A stretch of DNA of 63,354 nucleotides, the filler included, from Globobulimina sp. (Eukaryota): NCBI GenBank assembly GCA_003354225.1. It is 9 parts of 9 records of this genome, joined end to end, with 100 filler letters (N's around TTAATTAATTAA, not from the genome) between each part and the next. Parts side by side here need not be neighbours in the genome. Positions count along the whole stretch, not along the records: positions 21,253 to 28,215 come from PIVH01000213.1; positions 28,316 to 35,259 come from PIVH01000214.1; positions 35,360 to 42,296 come from PIVH01000215.1; 6 more parts are not named here. One strand, written 5' to 3'. Positions 25,451 through 36,169 of this stretch are shown here, piece by piece; position 1 is the stretch's first letter, and each line of letters begins with the position of its first letter. The position numbers were made by a program, and so were the translations under genes. Under the pieces are notes generated by a model, which worked only from the letters and a program-made list of their open reading frames with translations, searched no databases and was not told the origin of the DNA.

Positions 25451-26719
25451 TTAATCACATTTGCCAAAATCTGCTCGTCGCGCTGCTTGAATTAAGTTAT
25501 CTTTATTGTTTCGAATTTCGTCACCAAATTCATATCTTTGTCTTCGATAATTGTCAACTTTGTTTTTAATATATTTCATATCGCCACAAACAAACAATTT
25601 AATGGTGTCACTCACATCTCTGTCAACACAAATATTTAACTTTCTGCACAAATAACTCACAATAAACATTATTTTATATTGGAAATTGACTGTAACATTT
25701 TCTGTGGTATAATTACTATTTTCCTTCAGAAAAAAGCCCAAAAGTTTCCTTGTTCCAAATACTTTATTCCCATTTTTGTCATGATACATATTATGCGCTT
25801 TGGGCTGGCCATGGATATCAACATTCATTTCGTTTACTTTATGTAAATACGGCTCTTTATTCGTGAAAAACACCGTCATGTTATCCTTTATTGCAACCTC
25901 CGTATCACTGCTACTTACACGCCATTTATATGTTGGATCATGAAATGATAAGTTGCCGCCGACGATATTCGAAGAAATATCAAAATAATATAAGGCTACA
26001 CCGTAAATATTTTCTTCTTCAAATCCTTCAGAATGAAAATTGCCACCACCATAACTACTATTTATTCCATCTAAAAATTGATAATCACTCATTTTGATTA
26101 TAACATTGTATTCGACGACATCGCCACCAACATCTTCATGAACAATGTCATAATCAGATAGATGTGGCTCCAATTTATCATTTGCACTTTTCCCCCTTTC
26201 TGGATATTTGATTAATGTCTTTTTAATATTTGGCGAAAGTGTGTTAAATATTTGTTCAATAACATTATATAAAGGATTATTGTTAAAACGCGGTAAATCA
26301 ACAATATCACTTACAATCTCATATTTTTTTGTTTTTTTGTTTAATCGAAAAACGGTTGGGATCCATGGATGTATTTCATCCGAAATATTGTTGTCATCAC
26401 TTGTTGGATGCGCTATGGTGCCGACATTATGCGGTTCGATAATATCTTGAATCTGCACGTTGTTTAAAGTCATTTTGTTCGATAAATCACAATTGCGGTA
26501 ATCTAATTTATTTTTATTCTCTATTAATGGTTTACATTCACATATTAATCTGTTTTTTAATGCATTTGGGATTAACGAATCTGAGTACTCTCCGATATAA
26601 ACTGGCCATCCACCCCAATACGTAGGGGAACCGACATGTCGCTCATATTTGATGCCAATTTGATCCACATCGCCGTCATCGCGTTCACTTGGCTTCAACC
26701 ATGCAAACAATTGTTTCAT
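25451..26719 (-). CDS. DUF4246-like (putative 2OG-Fe(II) oxygenase fold) protein
   Basis: WIPT.F, VIIKM, GGNFHSEG.EEENI..VALYYFD, HKV, GTRKLLGFFL. Confidence 0.65.
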   Translation of the reverse strand: MKQLFAWLKPSERDDGDVDQIGIKYERHVGSPTYWGGWPVYIGEYSDSLIPNALKNRLICECKPLIENKNKLDYRNCDLSNKMTLNNVQIQDIIEPHNVGTIAHPTSDDNNISDEIHPWIPTVFRLNKKTKKYEIVSDIVDLPRFNNNPLYNVIEQIFNTLSPNIKKTLIKYPERGKSANDKLEPHLSDYDIVHEDVGGDVVEYNVIIKMSDYQFLDGINSSYGGGNFHSEGFEEENIYGVALYYFDISSNIVGGNLSFHDPTYKWRVSSSDTEVAIKDNMTVFFTNKEPYLHKVNEMNVDIHGQPKAHNMYHDKNGNKVFGTRKLLGFFLKENSNYTTENVTVNFQYKIMFIVSYLCRKLNICVDRDVSDTIKLFVCGDMKYIKNKVDNYRRQRYEFGDEIRNNKDNLIQAARRADFGKCD

Positions 26720-26810
26720 ATTTTTTTTGTTGCTAATCTTTAAAGTTTAAGAAACATAAATCAGTGAATGATAAAGGTATAAATTAATATTTTTAATAGA
26801 CACAAAACAA

Positions 26811-28215
26811 TCAATCAAGTTCCAAGCCATCGAAATGATGTACTCTTCTTTTATTAATTTGCAAAATATCCTGTTCCAACATCTTATAATGTTTAGTAAT
26901 ATCAAACTCCTCTTCCAAGCCGGCAGCTCGCGCCAAAGTAGCAAATAGGTCAGATACCACACCTGATTTAGCGAAGACACTATCTTTAATAAAATTAGCA
27001 AAGTATTTGTTTTGCAAAAATTGTCCAAGATCAAAACCTAAACTCTTATCCCATAAATCTATGCCAAAATGAGTCATTCCAATATCAAATCCTCTTTCAT
27101 CAAATTTTGCGTAATAATGTTCCCGCACAAATCTTTCCACTTCGCCAACATATTCTGGATGAACCATAAAATGTATATCCAACTTACTGTCCCTATTTCC
27201 ATCAATAAATGACAATATTGACTCAAACACTGGCTTTTCAGTCACAATGTCATGAACCTGTTCATATGTAAAATTATATCGTAAATGTTCTGTATTTGGG
27301 AATATTGCCATCAAAGCATCCAATTTGATCAAACCATTGTCGTCTTTAAAAAATAAATCTAACATTTTATGTTTTGGCTTACTATTAAAAAAAATAATTA
27401 ATTTTATCTTTTTACAATGCGAATCCATCAAATCGAGAATATATTGCGGACACGATTTAAATTCACGTATATGTTTTCTATTTAAATTTGAAATATTTTT
27501 TCTATATCTCCAAAATTGATGAGATAACAACCGATAAACTATCTGTGTTTCAAATGGTGTGCTGGGAATATGCAAATTCATCAAATCCACTATGGGTCAT
27601 TCCTGAAGTCATTTGTTTCAATCCGGTTATATACGGCTTATACTTGACACCCACTGCAGTCGTAATTGAGTCAAAATGAAAGCGATTTAATCCTCCAATC
27701 GTGAATACTTCTGCTTCATTGCTGAAATCACTCAGCCATTGCATGTCAAAGCAACATACTTTCTGCATCGCAGCAAAGCCATCTTCGAATATTTTAAAAA
27801 CCCATGTTTTTACATCAATGTTCAAGTCCAACACAATGCCCTTTTGGTCGCAAAAATTTATGGCCGCAGTATAACTTCTGCTCGTACTGCACGGCCCTTT
27901 AATATAAGCAAACAATGTCTCAAAGTCCATCACTGCACTAATTCCATGATACAAATTAATATGGTTTCCTTCGCCGACAGCGTCCATTCCAAAACATTCC
28001 ACGCATTCTCTTAACCGTCTACCGAGCCAATAATACTCGCGATGCCTCTTTTTAATATCTCTGATATGTTCGCCTTTGGATTTGGGCCAATATGTTTTAC
28101 TGAATTCTCTCTGCAAATCGTCATAATTGCAATAGACCATTGCAGAAATAATATGTTCTTTTGTGAGCGGATCGTTCTCTTTCATTTCATAATACTTTGC
28201 TGATTTCGTCATTGG
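26811..28215 (-). CDS. ADP-ribosyltransferase-like domain protein, 5'-truncated, frameshifted near 27550-27590
   Basis: LYHGIS...PCSTS...SDFSNEAEVF matches the ARTC (R/H)-STS-ExE layout. The downstream ORF 26811-27590 overlaps in the +1 frame. Confidence 0.55.
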
Positions 28216-28315
28216 NNNNNNNNNNNNNNNNNNNNNNNNNNNNNNNNNNNNNNNNNNNNTTAATTAATTAANNNNNNNNNNNNNNNNNNNNNNNNNNNNN
28301 NNNNNNNNNNNNNNN
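28216..28315. other. Artificial contig spacer
   Basis: N44-TTAATTAATTAA-N44. Confidence 0.99.
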
Positions 28316-28695
28316 AAGGCAAGGTCGGTATCACCAGAATAACCAACGGCTGGTGCTTGATAACCAGAAGAGCCATAACCTCGAAAATCGGGCATATAAC
28401 TCAATGCTTTTTGCGATTCATCATCATATTCATCATAATATCCAACACGGGCATCGCTGAATGAATAATCTCCAACACGGGACATGGCGACTTTATGACC
28501 TCCAATAATTTTCGCTTTATGTTTTGCATAAAATTTCTTCGTTTCTGCAGCTGCTTTACGTTTCATTTCCTTTCCTTTCTCAGATGTTTGGGGCATATCC
28601 GCAATTTGTGCTAATTTATCATACTCAATATAATAATCCCAATCTGATACTGGACCCGTTTTTACGGCCTCTGATACTGAGTTTGAATTACCCAT
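28316..28695 (-). CDS. Hypothetical protein with N-myristoylation-type start, 3'-truncated
   Basis: Starts MGNSNS (MGxxxS); Tyr/Gly/Asp-rich; runs into the spacer. Confidence 0.5.
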
Positions 28696-28843
28696 TGTAT
28701 TGCGTTTTTGCTTAGGTGTTTTTTGTTACTTAACCGCAAAAATGTACAAGCAAAACAATGCTAACTGTGCCCTATTTCAACACGTACAATAACCAAAATA
28801 TCAGTATTACCAAATTATATGTGATGAAACTGCTGGTTATGTA

Positions 28844-30064
28844 TTACAATAACCAGAGACCTCTCATATATTTTTGTTGATAGCATTTCTCATTTTTAAA
28901 ATTTAATGCTTTCGAGATATCATTATTTACCACTTTCCATTGTTTAAATGTATTATCCCTCAAATCTAAATATTCAGCATATCCCCAATCTTTTTCATCC
29001 TTATTATATTTATAAAAATCGCCCGTAATCATTAATATGTTATTATCATCCATCATTTTTACAGTTGGATGCCATCGATGTTTGTACTTTAAATCTGGCA
29101 AATAATACCATTCATTTTTATGAAAATCATATCTTTCACATTTCCTATGTCCAGAATACGATGCCAGCGCATACACATTATTCCTATTCTTATCATAATA
29201 AATACCAAAACAAGAATGATGCACATTCATTCTCTTCGTATTTACCCATTTATTCCCATCAAAATCATATATCTCCGTACTGGACGTCGGTGTATTACCG
29301 CCACAAACAAATATCTTGCTATCCTTCTCCAAAAACACTGCTTTATGATTGATACGCTTTTTATTCATAACTGCGATCTTCTTACTGTTCCATTCGAATT
29401 TATGTCTACGCTCATTCCACTGCAACAATTGTACTTTTTTTGTGTCGCCACCCAAAGCAAACAAGCCATGCTTCGATGATTGTAATAACTCGCATCGATC
29501 GAAGCTCTTTCCACCATTTGCTGATAACAATCGATGTTGATCCACTTCTATTAAACTGGCGCTCATATCATAATTAATTGTTTGTTTCGATGCAGCTTCG
29601 ATACGAAATAAAACATGCAAATTTAAGTTATTTTGGGAATAAATTTTAGCATATTTTGGGAATAAGTTATCGCGAATAAATGGAGGGAATTTGTGCAATG
29701 AAAATAAACGAAAGGTGGTGCCATACACTTCAGTAAATAACTGCGTTAATGACGAGTTAATATCGAGGCGATGCAAATGGTTTGTTAGATTGAATGAGGA
29801 TAAATGTCCTTTTTGGATCAATGCTTTATTTGTTTCTGTAAATATTGCAATGTATTCATATTTCGATAAATCATACATGTAAAATAATAAAATGAGACGG
29901 ATTATATCGTAGGACAACAGCGGTGATCGCATGATACCATTCATGTAACACAGTACTAATTCATCCATTTGATGTAATGTTTCGCGTTTTAACTTTTTCT
30001 TTTCTTTTGAATATTTTTTCAGGTTAATATTGATCCAATCATTTGGTTTGTCTTTGCTTTCCAT
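28844..30064 (-). CDS. Kelch-repeat protein
   Basis: LFALGG, IFVCGG..STEIYDFDGNKW..MN, CERYDFHKNEW..LPDL, EYLDLRD..W. ATG at 30064 (MESKDK). Confidence 0.8.
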   Translation of the reverse strand: MESKDKPNDWININLKKYSKEKKKLKRETLHQMDELVLCYMNGIMRSPLLSYDIIRLILLFYMYDLSKYEYIAIFTETNKALIQKGHLSSFNLTNHLHRLDINSSLTQLFTEVYGTTFRLFSLHKFPPFIRDNLFPKYAKIYSQNNLNLHVLFRIEAASKQTINYDMSASLIEVDQHRLLSANGGKSFDRCELLQSSKHGLFALGGDTKKVQLLQWNERRHKFEWNSKKIAVMNKKRINHKAVFLEKDSKIFVCGGNTPTSSTEIYDFDGNKWVNTKRMNVHHSCFGIYYDKNRNNVYALASYSGHRKCERYDFHKNEWYYLPDLKYKHRWHPTVKMMDDNNILMITGDFYKYNKDEKDWGYAEYLDLRDNTFKQWKVVNNDISKALNFKNEKCYQQKYMRGLWLL

Positions 30065-30179
30065 GACAAAAACAATAACTGAACAAGGGCACAATTAGGC
30101 TCTGATTTGTGCTGATTTTTTTTGCTGCTCAAAAAGTTTTTTCATTTGTTTATGCCAACTTAGTAACACTTTTTTTATG

Positions 30180-30630
30180 TCAATCAAGGGGTTTAGTATA
30201 TTGTACAATTTCTGCAGTATCACCACTATTCCATAAACTGACACCAATAGCAACTTGTTTTGGAATGTTATATGCGACTGGATCAGTTTTTAGGTATTGA
30301 CCGTTTATTGCTATCAATAATACTCTTTCGTCTAAATCCACTTCAATTGTAATAATGGTATTATTTCCTTTTGTTAACGCATATCCTTTGACAAATTCTG
30401 ATCTTTTGTGACGAGACCCACCGTCCCATATCGCCCATGAATTGCCATCACAACCAACCCATTTTCCAACAGATATATCAAATGCTCTTCCAACTATTCC
30501 TACTCCCACGTGACCACAATTATAAACTTTTACATTTATAATATGTCGGCCTGATCTCAAGAATTGTGTCCGTATTGAACACTCCTTCCCAATTAAAGAA
30601 GCTTTACGACAATGTTTCGTAAAACATATA
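30180..30630 (-). pseudogene. SPRY/B30.2-like domain fragment without a clear start
   Basis: SGRHIINVKV, VGVGIV, NSWAIW, ITIEVDLDERVLLIAING, IGVSLW. The frame closes upstream near 30633 with no ATG. Confidence 0.5.
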
Positions 30631-30719
30631 TGTTACACCCATATTTTTCATTAGACAAACTGCTATGATATGGATATCAACATACTAATTATTCAATTTT
30701 ATCGCTCTTTATATCCATA

Positions 30720-32040
30720 CTTAATCATATTTAAAATCTCAATCAATTCCACTCATGCATTCCCTTTTAAAAAACCATTTTTCCATAACTTTATACAGAT
30801 ATTGCGTTTCCATAAGTTTCCGTATAATAATAAATAAAACGTGTTCTTTGTCCATAAACTTTTCCGCCCAAAAGCTTGGCCGCCAATTTTTTAATATTCA
30901 TATTATCATTCTTTATCACTTAAACTTAACGTAAAACCATTACCAGCTCAAACCAATTTGCCAATTTTTTGTTCTGTGTATATTCATCCAACCCCAGTCC
31001 ATATTATCCGCAGCATCGATTATATGCGAATGGTATAGCTTTTGACTGGTTTAGAAGCATTTTAATGGTTCCATGCTGGATTGAGTAGCTTCTTCGGGTT
31101 TTTTTGTGATGTTTGTGGTGCAAAAGTTTAATTTAACACAAGCATGGCAAGCATGGGTGCGTTCCGTTGTGATAGTTTGTAATTCAAATTAGAGAATCGA
31201 TAATAGGTATACTAAACATATTATATTTGATTTACATTTTACAATCAAAAAAGCCAATGGGATCAAAATAATAATGCGGATATGCGCTAAGTTAAATGTT
31301 CGATTTGGCTGGAACTGGATATTGTTGGTTAGAGATTTTTGAGAATACACGAAAGCAGAGATATTTATGGATATGACGAGGGAAAAGGTGGTACTTTGTA
31401 TGATATAAAGATATAATTAATGTCTATTGATGGTATCAATTTGGAAAAGCGAATTTGAGAAAAGATAGAGGTATATTGGATGACGCTTTTGTAAATCAAC
31501 TTCTTTGCAAGGTTCTTATTTCAACTTTAATTCTAGAATTCTTAGGTTTGCGCATAAATGCTGCAAATTTTCTAAAACAAGATGTAAATGTCTGCAACTA
31601 AGAATAACTTATTTAGTTTAAAAAATCTCAAGACCACTTAAAAACTTGAACAATCGAGCATGGAACCATGGAATGCGTCTAAAGCGGTCTAAACCTATAC
31701 CAATCGCATCTAATGGATACTGTGGATATAATGATGGATATTTATATTGATGGAGCTAGAACTAATTATCTTGAAATTGTATTATGCTATCAATGGAACT
31801 ACATTGGGTTTAGATGATAATGAATAGGAATATTGATATTAAAAAAAAGCCCCCCAAGCTTTTAATGAAAAAATGGATTGGTTTATGTTGACATTTTTAT
31901 CGCGGATTAAAAGGAAACGCAAGGAAATTTCCTGAGAAACGAAATCGGTATAAGTCGACAGGAATCTATGCATATTATGGACATGTATGAGTGGAATTGG
32001 CTGAAAGTTAAAAATTAGTTAGATACACATATAATTAAAG
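30720..32040. repeat. Degenerate inverted repeat, arms ~30720-31085 and ~31650-32040
   Basis: Matching blocks in mirror order: caattccactcatgcat / atgtatgagtggaattg; aaagcttgg..tttttaatat..attatcat / gataatgaat..atattaaaaaaa..ccaagcttt; atggttccatgct / agcatggaaccat. Confidence 0.7.
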
Positions 32041-32268
32041 TTCGTATCTAACTAAAAAAATGGCATATTTGGCACGCAAAAATATCGTGGTATTTTTTTG
32101 GCGCATCTCCTAAGGGGGAAAATATGGGTGCGTTGTGGATTTACTGCATTATCAAATTGTAATACAGCAGCACCCATTGGATTGTAATTCCTACGCCCAG
32201 TGCTATTTCCTTTCTCATCATCTGGCATCCTTCGACAATGTTTTTAACTTTAGTTAGAGCGCAATATA

Positions 32269-33682
32269 ATGAAGTCAATAATAATGCTGTCGTGTAAATT
32301 ACGTTTTCCAACCCACCATTACATCCACAGACTTTCACATTGCAAACAGTACTGCCACACGAAAGTTAAATTGCATAACTATCCACATACATAATTGCAA
32401 TGTCTACCTGACACTATATACTTAGTCAACGCTCTCAGAACAATACCAAACACTCATTGCATCCAACACAATACAATACGATGCAAAGCAAGAACGCGTC
32501 GTAAAAGAGCTAGATACGTTATATCACCAAATCCAACACTACAATGCACCCAAATTGCCCGACAAGCCATGTTTAGAAGCATCCGCTGGCACATTTGATA
32601 AAAAAGCCTCAACCACACAATCCAAATCCAAGTCGGCGCGCAAGTCCAAACCTGGCATATTCCAACAACTGTTAAACATCGCCAAACCTGACACCATATG
32701 GAGCCCCCCACCAACCGCCGACATCCCACATAGTTTGTACGTGTGGGGAGGCACAGGAACGGGGAAAACTATGTTAATGGATTTATTTTATGACAGCATC
32801 ACTTCACACAGCAAACAGAGAGTACATTTCAATACATTTATGTTAGAGCTCCACGCTGAAATCCATCAACTTAAAAATAAACAACATTCATCCTCGACGG
32901 ACGAAGATGTCTTACCGCTGTTATCGCTGAACATGGCTAAAAAATGCACGATTTTCTATCTTGACGAGTTTCAAGTGACTGATTTGGTGGACGCGCTGTT
33001 ATTGAATCGTTTATTGACTTCATTGTTCCATTACGGCGTGGTTCTATTTGTGACTTCTAACCGCGAGCCAGACACACTTTATCTCAATGGGTTGCAGAGA
33101 GAGCAAATATTTGTTCCGTTTCTGAAGTTACTGCAACAAAAATCAGTTGTGATTGATTTGAATACTATGAATTATAGGGATTTGGGTTATGGTTATGGAT
33201 ATTTTACGGATTTGGAACCGTTTGAAGAGGCTTGGAATGAAATGATCAATGTCAGCGATGGCGAGAGCATGGAGGTGGTACAGATTATGGCCGGGAGACA
33301 GTTAGAATGTCCTCGGAGTATTGGAAGGACAGTGACAAGGTTTAAATTCAGAGAGTTGTGTGCGCGGAGTAAAGGGACTGCGGATTATTTAGCACTTTCT
33401 AAATCATTTCGGACCGTTTTCATTGAGAAAATACCTCTGTTTGGGTATGATCCGGAGAGTAGGAATGAAATGAAGCGATTTATTTGGTTAATTGACGAGT
33501 TGTATAATGGCAAGAATCGGATTGTTTGTTTGGCGGCGGAGAGACCGGAACAATTGTTACGTGCGGATGAGGATGGCGAGAAACATGTTTTTGAAGAAAT
33601 ATTTCAATTTGAAAGATGTAAGAAACGGTTGATTGAAATGCAATCGATTCAATATCTGGAGGAAACGAAAGATATTTTATAG
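32269..33682 (+). CDS. AFG1: AFG1/LACE1/ZapE-family mitochondrial ATPase; intron 32365-32425
   Basis: SLYVWGGTGTGKTMLMDLFY, RVHFNTFM, LDEFQVTD, TSNREPDTLY.NGLQR, RFIWLIDELY, RLIEMQS. Exon 1 resembles a transit peptide and splices in phase 0. Confidence 0.92.
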
Positions 33683-33831
33683 AAATAAATGTGTGATTAT
33701 TACATAGTTATTTTTACTTTGTATTAGTTATAATTATCGAAAGCATTTATAACGTCCATTTTTTGTTGTTGTTGAATTTGATAACGTATAAGATCAATAG
33801 CACTGACTTTACATTGCCATGATGCAAACCA

Positions 33832-33908
33832 TGCACTGCAGTCACAACTATTGAGATCGGACTTCAATTTAATCGATCACCACAATAAATTAGCTCAATA
33901 GTTGTGAG
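33832..33908. repeat. Hairpin MITE-like dispersed repeat, copy A
   Basis: tgcactgcagtcacaactattgag...gatcaccacaataaattagctcaatagttgtga; same arms as 43674-43771. Confidence 0.7.
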
Positions 33909-34238
33909 TCTTGTAACAAAAAATTGTAACGGTTGCAGTGAGTGGGAATTGTAACAAAAAATAATACATTGTATAATTAATCCAAAGATTTGACAGATTG
34001 AATGTAAACGTAATTGTTACCATATACGTATTTATTGATATGGTTTTCTGCTTTCAGTGAATGATTTGTGGGAACAAATGCTACAGCTTTATATAAATAA
34101 CTTCATACCGTATCATACGCGTCATTTAATACTAGCTGATTTGGATAAATATTTTGTTCTGGTTCCATTTTACTTTTTTTCTGACTGAGACCAACAAAAC
34201 ACTTATTTTTAAATTTACATTCAATTTCAATCAGCATC

Positions 34239-35148
34239 ATGTCCTCCAACAAGCCACACGATGACAAACCTTGGCTCACTCCAACAAGAACTACATTTCT
34301 AATGGGTTGTGCCACTGGAGCTGTCACAATAACTGCATTATTATTAATATTCCGTAAATATATCTCGAGCTCAAACAACAACAAAATCGCTATACCACCA
34401 ACAAAACCTACATCCACTATAAAAAAGGAACAATTTTCCAACAATAAATCATTATTAAACGATAAAGTTTACAAACGCTTACAGGCAGAATGCAGGCCCA
34501 AAACTACATTTTATTGTCAATATGCTCCAAACTCACAAATTCCATTTGTTACAGCCATAAACATTTTAGTTGAATATCTCCCAAATCCTGTCATTAAAAC
34601 AATATTCTTATATCTCCCGCATCCATCAAAACAATTTGATGTCTCATCCTTTCTAAAAGTATGCCAATAATCTTCACTGTTTCTGCTATCCACGCCATAC
34701 AACAACACAACAGAACGGATGGGACGTTTCCAACAACACTTTGCATGATTACCCACACATTTATATCGAGAACGTGTTGCCAATCAAGAACCAGCCATCG
34801 CTAATACTAACCATTGGATTACCAGGCTCCGGAAAAACAACCTGGGCCAAAATCCGTACTCCATTCAACAAACACGTCATCGCAGCGGATGATTATTTCG
34901 ATAAATTCAACAATGGCACGTTCAACGCCTCGCTCCTCGGTAAAGCTCATGAGTGGGCACAGCAAAATGTTGCCAACTCACTGAAAGCTGGTCATACCGC
35001 GGTGGCTAACAATACAAACACCACTTTGTCTGAGATGCACGCTTATGTTACAAAGGTAGTTTTCGGTAACTTGCCTCATAAAATAATCTTTGCTGTGATG
35101 CCTGAAACGAATATCTACGTTATCTCCGTCCAAATGATGACCCTTTAA
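34239..35148 (+). CDS. N4BP2-like/AAA_33 P-loop kinase with N-terminal TM anchor; intron 34659-34713; 3' end unresolved
   Basis: LILTIGLPGSGKTTWAK, AADDYF, AHEWAQ, NNTNT. The GTATGC..AACAG intron joins ORFs 34239 and 34741 in phase 0. Confidence 0.75.
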
Positions 35149-35259
35149 TGTTATATCGATGTCTCCCAGTTGAGCAGCCGATTGTTTGTTCGGTGGTGTA
35201 ATGCCATTTTCCAGGGCGTAAATGATCGAGTAGGCCAAACGCTTTTTCCAAAAAGTCTT

Positions 35260-35359
35260 NNNNNNNNNNNNNNNNNNNNNNNNNNNNNNNNNNNNNNNNN
35301 NNNTTAATTAATTAANNNNNNNNNNNNNNNNNNNNNNNNNNNNNNNNNNNNNNNNNNNN
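35260..35359. other. Artificial contig spacer
   Basis: N44-TTAATTAATTAA-N44. Confidence 0.99.
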
Positions 35360-35467
35360 CAAACAAAACCTAATATTTTAAAAGGCTTTTTATTATTCCA
35401 CTGCCAAATGAGGTTTTATACAACCAAACACAACACAACATATAATAACCATAATAATATTCGAATT

Positions 35468-35928
35468 AATAAATACGGGTCTATGAACGCACCGTTTACC
35501 GCAAAATCCACCCATAAATAAATACGGTGTTTATGTACACACCGTTTACCGCCAAAATCCACCCATAAATTAATACGGTGACTATGTACGTCGACCGTTT
35601 AACGCCCAAATCCTCCATAAATTAATACGGTGACTATGTACGTCCACCGTTTAACGCCCAAATCCTCCATAAATTAATACGGTACTATGTACGTCCACCG
35701 TTAACGCCCAAATCCTCCATAAATTAATACGGTGACTATGTACGTCCACCGTTTACCGCCAAAAACATCCATAAAATAATACGGTGACTATGTACGTCCA
35801 CCGTTTACCGCCAAAATGCTCCATAAAATAATACGGTGACTATCCACACACCGTTTACCTCCAAAATCGCCCATAAATAAATACCATAAATAAGTCCGGT
35901 GTCTATTTACACACCGTTTACCACCGAA
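35468..35928 (+). repeat. Tandem array, 9 units of ~50-52 bp (left subterminal array)
   Basis: Consensus ATTAATACGGTGACTATGTACGTCCACCGTTTA(A/C)CGCC(C/A)AAATCCTCCATAA; each unit contains the ACGGTG-N10-12-CACCGT palindrome. Confidence 0.95.
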
Positions 35929-36169
35929 CTAATGTTTCATTATCTCAAGTTTAAAAAGATTAGTAAAGTTGTTTTGCAATCTCAAGCTTAATGTTAACTC
36001 CGTAATAAAAGAAACAGAAATAAAATAATATTGAAACTATAAATAAAAGAAACTAAAATGAAATAATTTTGAATTAATTGAAAGGAAATAAAATGAAATA
36101 AAATAATATCGAAAGTTAAAAAAATGAATAAAATAATTTTGAAAGTAAAGAAAATGAAATAAAATGTAT

